The position numbers and the translations under genes were made by a program. From an uncultured Verrucomicrobiae bacterium (lineage in GTDB: Bacteria; Verrucomicrobiota; Verrucomicrobiia; Chthoniobacterales; UBA10450), in the NCBI GenBank assembly GCA_963834385.1, contig CAWIBO010000003.1:96001-160000 (forward strand): 64,000 bases of DNA, read 5' to 3'. Positions within the stretch are counted from its first letter, which is position 1; each line of letters opens with the position of its first letter. Below the pieces are notes generated by a model. The model worked only from the letters and a program-made list of their open reading frames with translations. It had not been told where the DNA came from and made no database searches. This document shows positions 53,627 to 64,000 of the stretch, in pieces.

Positions 53627-54052
53627 ATGGCTAAAGAAATCGTTGCTCACATCAAATTGCAGATCCCGGCGGGTCAGGCGAACCCGGCCCCGCCCGTTGG
53701 CACCGCCCTCGGGCCGCGCGGCGTCAACATCATGGCCTTCTGCAAGGAATTTAATGCCGCCACCCAGAAACAGGCGGGCGACATCCTCCCGGTCGTCATC
53801 ACCGTCTTCAAGGACAAGAGCTTTACCTTCATCACCAAGAGCCCGCCTGCGGCCATCCTCTTGAAAAAGGCGGCCAACATCGCCGCCGGTTCCAAGGAGC
53901 CGAACAAGACCAAGGTGGGCAAGGTCACGCGCAAGCAGGTCATGGAGATCGTGAAGACGAAGGGCAAGGACCTGAATTCGCGGAACGACGAGGCCGGCTA
54001 CAAGATCATTGCCGGCACCGCCCGCCAGATGGGGCTCGAGATCGTCGATTAG
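53627..54052 (+). CDS. rplK: 50S ribosomal protein L11
   Basis: [34 protein letters not shown]. Confidence 0.98.
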   Translation: MAKEIVAHIKLQIPAGQANPAPPVGTALGPRGVNIMAFCKEFNAATQKQAGDILPVVITVFKDKSFTFITKSPPAAILLKKAANIAAGSKEPNKTKVGKVTRKQVMEIVKTKGKDLNSRNDEAGYKIIAGTARQMGLEIVD

Positions 54053-54117
54053 CCGGTCCCGGCACCCACCCGCGTCGCGCCCTTGCGCGACGGTCTTAAT
54101 TCCATTAAGCGGAGCGG

Positions 54118-55416
54118 ATGCTCCTTCGATTTTTCGCAAGCGTCGCGGCGGCCGGGCTGATCTGCGCAGCCCAGGCAGCCGATCCCGTCATCGCCCTTAA
54201 AGCGGCCCGGCTTTTCGACGGAAAGGGCAAGGCCCTGCTGCCGAACGGCGTGGTCCTGGTGCAGGGCACAAAGATCCTCGACGCGGGAAGCAACCTTTCG
54301 ATTCCGGAAGGCGCCCGCGTGATCGACCTCGGAGACGCCACCCTTTCCCCCGGATTCATGGATGCGCACACGCACCTGACTCTGGATTATGCGCGCCCTT
54401 ACGACGAGGTGATGCTGCACGGGTTCAAGAGCAACGCCGCCCGGATCGCGCTCGAGTCGATTCCGCGGGCCCGGGCCACCCTTGAAGCCGGTTTCACCAC
54501 CGTGCGGGACGTTGGCGCGCCTGATTTCGTCGATGTCGCCCTGCGCGACGCCATTGCCGCCGGGACGGTCATCGGGCCGCGCATGCTGGTGGCCACCGCC
54601 GGTATCGGGACCACCGGCGGTCACTTCGATAACAGCAACGGGTTGCGCGACGGTCTTTTCGGGAAGCAGCCCGATTACACCGATGGCATCACCGACGGGC
54701 CCGAAGGAATGCGGAAGGCGGTCCGTTACCAGGTCAAGAACGGGGCGGACGTGATCAAGGCGGCCGTCTCGGGCGGCGTGCTTTCGCTCGCCAATGAAGT
54801 GGACGTGCGCCAGATGACACCGGAGGAAACGGCCGCGCTGGTCGATGAAACCCATCGCCTGCGCAAGACCATTGCGGTCCACAGCCATGGCGACGAAGCG
54901 GCCCGCGAGGCAATCGCGGCCGGGGTGGACTCGATCGAGCACGCCTCCTTTCTCAAGCCCGAGACCCTTGCGATGATGAAAAGCAAGGGCACCTACCTTG
55001 TTCCCACCCTGATGGCGACCGAGTGGATCGTCGCCAAGATCGAAAACTATCCCCCGGCCCTGCAGGAGAAGGCGCGGTCGGCCGACGAGGCGCGCTCGCA
55101 GATGTTTCGTGACGCCGTTAAAGCCGGGGTGCGCATCGCCTTCGGGACGGATGCGGCCGTCTTTCCGCACGGTCAGAATGCAAAGGAATTCAAGCTCATG
55201 GTCGACCTGGGGATGGCGCCGATCGATGCTCTTCGCTCCGCCACTTCCGTAACGGCGGATCTTTTCAAGATCGCTGACAAAACCGGGACCCTTGAGAAGG
55301 GAAAGCTGGCCGACGTGGTGGCGATGCCAGGCGATCCGACCCAGGATATCACGGCGACCGAACGCATTTCCTTTGTGATGAAGGAAGGCCGCATCATCAA
55401 GGGCGCAACTCCGTAA
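54118..55416 (+). CDS. Secreted amidohydrolase (Xaa-Pro dipeptidase-like)
   Basis: PGFMDAHTH, GFTTVRDVG, GADVIK, HSHG, SIEH, FGTDA, GKLAD. Confidence 0.9.
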   Translation: MLLRFFASVAAAGLICAAQAADPVIALKAARLFDGKGKALLPNGVVLVQGTKILDAGSNLSIPEGARVIDLGDATLSPGFMDAHTHLTLDYARPYDEVMLHGFKSNAARIALESIPRARATLEAGFTTVRDVGAPDFVDVALRDAIAAGTVIGPRMLVATAGIGTTGGHFDNSNGLRDGLFGKQPDYTDGITDGPEGMRKAVRYQVKNGADVIKAAVSGGVLSLANEVDVRQMTPEETAALVDETHRLRKTIAVHSHGDEAAREAIAAGVDSIEHASFLKPETLAMMKSKGTYLVPTLMATEWIVAKIENYPPALQEKARSADEARSQMFRDAVKAGVRIAFGTDAAVFPHGQNAKEFKLMVDLGMAPIDALRSATSVTADLFKIADKTGTLEKGKLADVVAMPGDPTQDITATERISFVMKEGRIIKGATP

Positions 55417-55453
55417 CCGCGCCCGGTCTCCGGAAGACGGACGGGGAACGCGG

Positions 55454-55798
55454 TTAGGCGAAGTCCGGGTTCGGTTTCAGCCAGGCGGCGTCCGGGGCGA
55501 GATCCCTGGCGCGCGCGGCGTTGTAAACACAAAGCAAATCCTCCACCGCATAATGCAGGGCGTCCCCTTCGCCTCCGGTCTCGAGGTCGTCCGGGGCATC
55601 CTTGTCGGGGGCCGGCAGGCCCGGGACCTCGAGGATATGGCTGCAGCGGGCAATGATCCGGCCGGAATGGACCGGCTGGAACAGGCGCACCGTGATCTCC
55701 TGTTCCAGGTCGCGCAGGTGGAACTTGAACTCCGAAAGGAAAATCAGGGGCTGCCGGACGGCAGGGTCAGTCAGGGCTTCACCACGGCTCCAGCTCAT
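55454..55798 (-). CDS. Hypothetical protein
   Basis: ORF with plausible composition filling the gap between two genes; no recognised domain. Confidence 0.5.
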   Translation of the reverse strand: MSWSRGEALTDPAVRQPLIFLSEFKFHLRDLEQEITVRLFQPVHSGRIIARCSHILEVPGLPAPDKDAPDDLETGGEGDALHYAVEDLLCVYNAARARDLAPDAAWLKPNPDFA

Positions 55799-55873
55799 AG
55801 GGAACGAAGGTAGCGAAACCAAGCGGAGGCCGACAAGGAGAACCTCAGCCGAGATTTTTCGTTTTGTGCCGGA

Positions 55874-56680
55874 TCAGAGCATCGGGCGCACCGCCAGCTT
55901 CACCGAATCACCCGAGCCGCCGATGTAATAAAGGGCGACGCCGCCGGCACCGTAAACGGGGTAGAGCGCATACGGCACACCCTCGATCCGCACCGGATTC
56001 TGATGGTCGATGGCCAGAGTGCGCCCGACGGCGTGAGTCACCACCGCGGTGTAACCCAGCTCCGGGGCGGGAAAGGTGAGGCTTTCGTCAAGATAAGGCG
56101 CAAAGCGGCGGGTCGGCATCCGCACGGTGCGGTAGTTGAGGGAATCCAGCGTGTAGGGGCTGAGGTAGGTGGCCACGTCCGTCTGGCTGCTGATGGTGTC
56201 GATCAGGCGCGGCTCGATGATGTCTTCGCCGGCCTGGCGGAACCGGAGGAAAACGAACTCGTAATCGGGTCCGCCCCATTGGCCGAGGTTGAAGGGCTGG
56301 CCGTAGGAGGCGTTGAAAATGTGCAGGCGGGGCCTGGCGGCTGCGGGGCGTTGTTCGCCGCCGCCACGGGAGGCCGGTTTGGGCTGGCTGGCACGGGCGG
56401 CTTCAAAATTCCGCGCGGCTTTTTCATCGAGGAGGAGACTGGAATTCCGCAGTTCCTGGAGAAGGGCGGGGGAGGCGCCCTGTTTCCGCAGCGTATCTTC
56501 CTGGTCGCGGCTGAGTTTGCGCACCAATTTACGGCCGGAAACTTCCTGGACGATGGCGGCGTCGCGATCGCCGCCGCGGACCATGAGCGAAAGCTCCTGG
56601 AAATCAACGGGGCGGGCGAACGCGGGGAGACACGCCATACCTGTTATACTCACTATTAGGAGAAGCATTTTTGGGGTCAT
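55874..56680 (-). CDS. Hypothetical secreted protein
   Basis: Signal peptide MTPKMLLLIVSITGMACLPAFA; no recognised domain. Confidence 0.65.
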   Translation of the reverse strand: MTPKMLLLIVSITGMACLPAFARPVDFQELSLMVRGGDRDAAIVQEVSGRKLVRKLSRDQEDTLRKQGASPALLQELRNSSLLLDEKAARNFEAARASQPKPASRGGGEQRPAAARPRLHIFNASYGQPFNLGQWGGPDYEFVFLRFRQAGEDIIEPRLIDTISSQTDVATYLSPYTLDSLNYRTVRMPTRRFAPYLDESLTFPAPELGYTAVVTHAVGRTLAIDHQNPVRIEGVPYALYPVYGAGGVALYYIGGSGDSVKLAVRPML

Positions 56681-56820
56681 GTTATAAATCAAGCGGCCCC
56701 GGGCCGGCCGTGGCAAGATGATTCGGCGGTCTCCCGGTGAAAAGCGCGGGGGATCCGCTTGACAGGGTGGTTTTCCTCGCGTAAATGCGCCCTCCCGCTC
56801 CTCCCAAGGAGCATCCTTTA

Positions 56821-56850
56821 TCAGGAGAGCCTGAGGCTCGCTTGGACTGA
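56821..56850 (+). promoter_or_regulatory. Putative L1-binding autoregulatory RNA element
   Basis: TCAG-GA-GAGCC-tga-GGCTC-GCTTGGA-CTGA forms two stems with an asymmetric internal loop, 7 nt before the rplA ATG. Confidence 0.55.
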
Positions 56851-56857
56851 CCAAATT

Positions 56858-57559
56858 ATGCAAAACAATCGCAGCAAACGTTATCGCGCGTCCGCCGAGA
56901 TGGTGGACCGCAACAAGGCCTACAGCCTGAACGACGCCGTTTCGACGCTGAAAAAGCTCCCGGCGCCCAAGTTCGACCAGACCGTCACCCTGGCCTTTCG
57001 GCTGGGCGTCGATCCCAAGCAATCGGACCAGATGGTCCGCGGCACCTGCCCGCTCCCGCATGGCAGCGGCAAACAGGTGCGCGTGCTCGTCTTTGCCGAG
57101 GGGCAGGCGGCGAACGCGGCCCGTGAAGCCGGGGCCGAGCATGTCGGTTTCATGGACATGGTGAAAAAGTGCCAGGAAGGCTTCCAGGATTTCGACGTGG
57201 CCATTGCCACCCCCGCGGCCATGGCCGAGGTGCGCAAGCTGGGCAAGGTCCTGGGCCCGCGCGGCCTGATGCCGAACCCGAAGACCGGCACGGTGACGGA
57301 CGACACGGCCAAGGCGGTGGGTGAGGTGAAAGCGGGACGAGTCGAGTTCAAGCTGGACAAGAACGGCAACGTGGCGGTGCCGGTCGGCAAATTTTCATTC
57401 GGGGAAGAGCAACTGCTGGAGAACGGCACGGCCGTGATCGAGGCAGTGGTGCGGGCGCGCCCGGCCACGGCCAAGGGGCGCTTTGTGGAGGGGTTGACCC
57501 TCAGCGCCACCATGTCGCCCGGGTTACGGGTCGATCCCTCCCCTTACCTGACTTTTTAA
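56858..57559 (+). CDS. rplA: 50S ribosomal protein L1
   Basis: KFDQTV, LGVDPK, LPHGSGK, LGPRGLMPNPKTGTV. Confidence 0.98.
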   Translation: MQNNRSKRYRASAEMVDRNKAYSLNDAVSTLKKLPAPKFDQTVTLAFRLGVDPKQSDQMVRGTCPLPHGSGKQVRVLVFAEGQAANAAREAGAEHVGFMDMVKKCQEGFQDFDVAIATPAAMAEVRKLGKVLGPRGLMPNPKTGTVTDDTAKAVGEVKAGRVEFKLDKNGNVAVPVGKFSFGEEQLLENGTAVIEAVVRARPATAKGRFVEGLTLSATMSPGLRVDPSPYLTF

Positions 57560-57569
57560 GGAGAATCCC

Positions 57570-58106
57570 ATGAGACCCGAAAAAACAAGCATCGTCGCGG
57601 ATTTGGTGGAAAAGCTGAACAGCACGCCTTTCCTGCTCGTGGCCGATTACCAGCGCATGAAAGTGGACCAGTTCAGCGAACTGCGGAACCGGCTTGCCCC
57701 CGCCGGCGCGGAGCTGCGCGTGGTCAAGAACAGCTTCCTTCGCCGCGCCCTGGCCGACTCCGGGCTGCCGGAGATTTCCGACCAGCTGACCGGCCAGACG
57801 GCCGTGGTCATGGGGCAAAAAGACGTGGCCCCGGTGGCCAAGGTGCTCAAGGCTTTTTCGGCCGAGTTCAAGGTGGGCGCTCTGAAGATCGGCATCATCG
57901 ACAATGCGATTCTTTCCACGAGCGAGGTGGAGGCGCTGGCTGACCTGCCGCCGCTGCCGATGCTGCAGGCGCAGCTGCTGGGCCTGCTGCTCTCGCCGAT
58001 GACGCAACTGGCGCGGGTGCTGAACGAGCCGGGCGCTTCGCTGGCCCGCCTGCTTCAGGCCAAGGTGGACAAGGAAGGTGGAGCGCCGTCGGAGGCGGCC
58101 GCCTAG
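57570..58106 (+). CDS. rplJ: 50S ribosomal protein L10
   Basis: LRNRL, VVKN, LTGQTA, LADLP; expected gene position. Confidence 0.95.
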   Translation: MRPEKTSIVADLVEKLNSTPFLLVADYQRMKVDQFSELRNRLAPAGAELRVVKNSFLRRALADSGLPEISDQLTGQTAVVMGQKDVAPVAKVLKAFSAEFKVGALKIGIIDNAILSTSEVEALADLPPLPMLQAQLLGLLLSPMTQLARVLNEPGASLARLLQAKVDKEGGAPSEAAA

Positions 58107-58226
58107 AGAGAAAAATTTGCCGGTCCGGAAAAGGACGGCGGAACAACAACAACAACTAGCCGACCCGGTGGCTGCCGGGTTCAATTTTTCGGAGGCTTCC
58201 GAAAGCGGCGAAACGAGGAAAACACA

Positions 58227-58613
58227 ATGGCAGATACAAATACAATCGTGGAGCAACTCAGCGGCCTGACCGTTCTTGAGATTGCCGGTCTGGTAAAACA
58301 GCTGGAAGAAAAATGGGGCGTGAGCGCAGCGGCTCCCGTGGCCATGGCGGCGCCTGCCGCCGGCGGCGGTGGTGCGGCAGCTCCGGCGGCCGAAGAGAAG
58401 ACCACCTTCGAGGTGATCCTGAAGGAAATGGGCTCCAACAAGATTGGCGTCATCAAGGAAGTGCGCGGCGCGGTCCCGGGTCTCGGCCTGGCCGAGGCGA
58501 AGGCACTGGTCGAGGGCGCTCCCAAGTCGATCAAGGAAGGTGTGACCAAGGAAGAAGCCGAAGAGATCAAGAAAAAGATCGAAGCGGCCGGCGCCAAGGT
58601 CGAAATCAAGTAG
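58227..58613 (+). CDS. rplL: 50S ribosomal protein L7/L12
   Basis: [38 protein letters not shown]. Confidence 0.98.
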   Translation: MADTNTIVEQLSGLTVLEIAGLVKQLEEKWGVSAAAPVAMAAPAAGGGGAAAPAAEEKTTFEVILKEMGSNKIGVIKEVRGAVPGLGLAEAKALVEGAPKSIKEGVTKEEAEEIKKKIEAAGAKVEIK

Positions 58614-58789
58614 AGCCTTCTCCGCCCCTTGCGGGCGGGAAAGCATGGCCTCGACGGGGGCGATCCAGGCGAAAAAGGCTTGCCTGGACGCCCCCGGCGT
58701 GCCAAAAGTCTTTTTCGTTAGAAATCGTTATTTTTAACAAGGCGCACGACGGACATTTTCGACAGAGGCAACAAATCGAGGGTGGTCAA

Positions 58790-58818
58790 TTGACACCCTG
58801 CCGATTTGCTGCCATTTT
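58790..58818 (+). promoter_or_regulatory. Putative sigma70 promoter of rpoBC
   Basis: TTGACA-N17-CATTTT with an extended TG. Confidence 0.4.
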
Positions 58819-58920
58819 TGCGCCCCTCGCAAACCGGCAAATGCCGTAATTCGTTCCCCGAACAATCGCGCCGCTCCCTGGGTCAGGCGGCGCGCAAGTG
58901 TTCACCTTAGATGCACAGTT

Positions 58921-62730
<3,810 letters not shown>

Positions 62731-62760
62731 GTTTTTGGAAGTAAACAAAGAGAGATTTAA

Positions 62761-64000
<1,240 letters not shown>

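Noticed and set aside
58141..58156. (AAC)n microsatellite between rplJ and rplL
   Set aside because: Only about five units in an intergenic spacer, with no evidence of function.
58690..58706. Minus-strand sigma54-like motif TGGCACGCCGGGGGC upstream of rpoB
   Set aside because: The -12 element is poor and the motif points antisense into rplL, so it is probably a chance match.

Overview
GC-rich bacterial chromosomal window, most likely Verrucomicrobiota (Chthoniobacterales-like; inferred from RpoB/RpoD/AlaRS sequence style, not from a search). Most of it is housekeeping: gspD/gspE, rpe, mreBCD-mrdA-rng, thiH-thiS, dnaG-rpoD, ribD, two Hsp20 genes, recA, alaS, yebC, hldD, a cobalamin riboswitch with a btuB-like receptor, rmuC, tsaD, ispA, and tRNA-Thr-tuf-tRNA-Trp-secE-nusG-rplK...rplA-rplJ-rplL-rpoB-rpoC. 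About a dozen genes carry small frameshifts, which look like uncorrected long-read errors. The standout is alaS, which carries two in-frame insertions of one GTAG-type REP element family. One is a ~150 bp non-autonomous palindrome. The other is a ~580 bp element in which a REP-associated tyrosine transposase (RAYT, HUH/Y1) domain with no stop codon is bracketed by 48 bp inverted repeats and fused inside the alanyl-tRNA synthetase. A second GTAG REP family, mixed with short-period repeats, lies in two convergent intergenic regions. The rplK-rplA pair is split by three unrelated genes, with a candidate L1-binding site directly before rplA.
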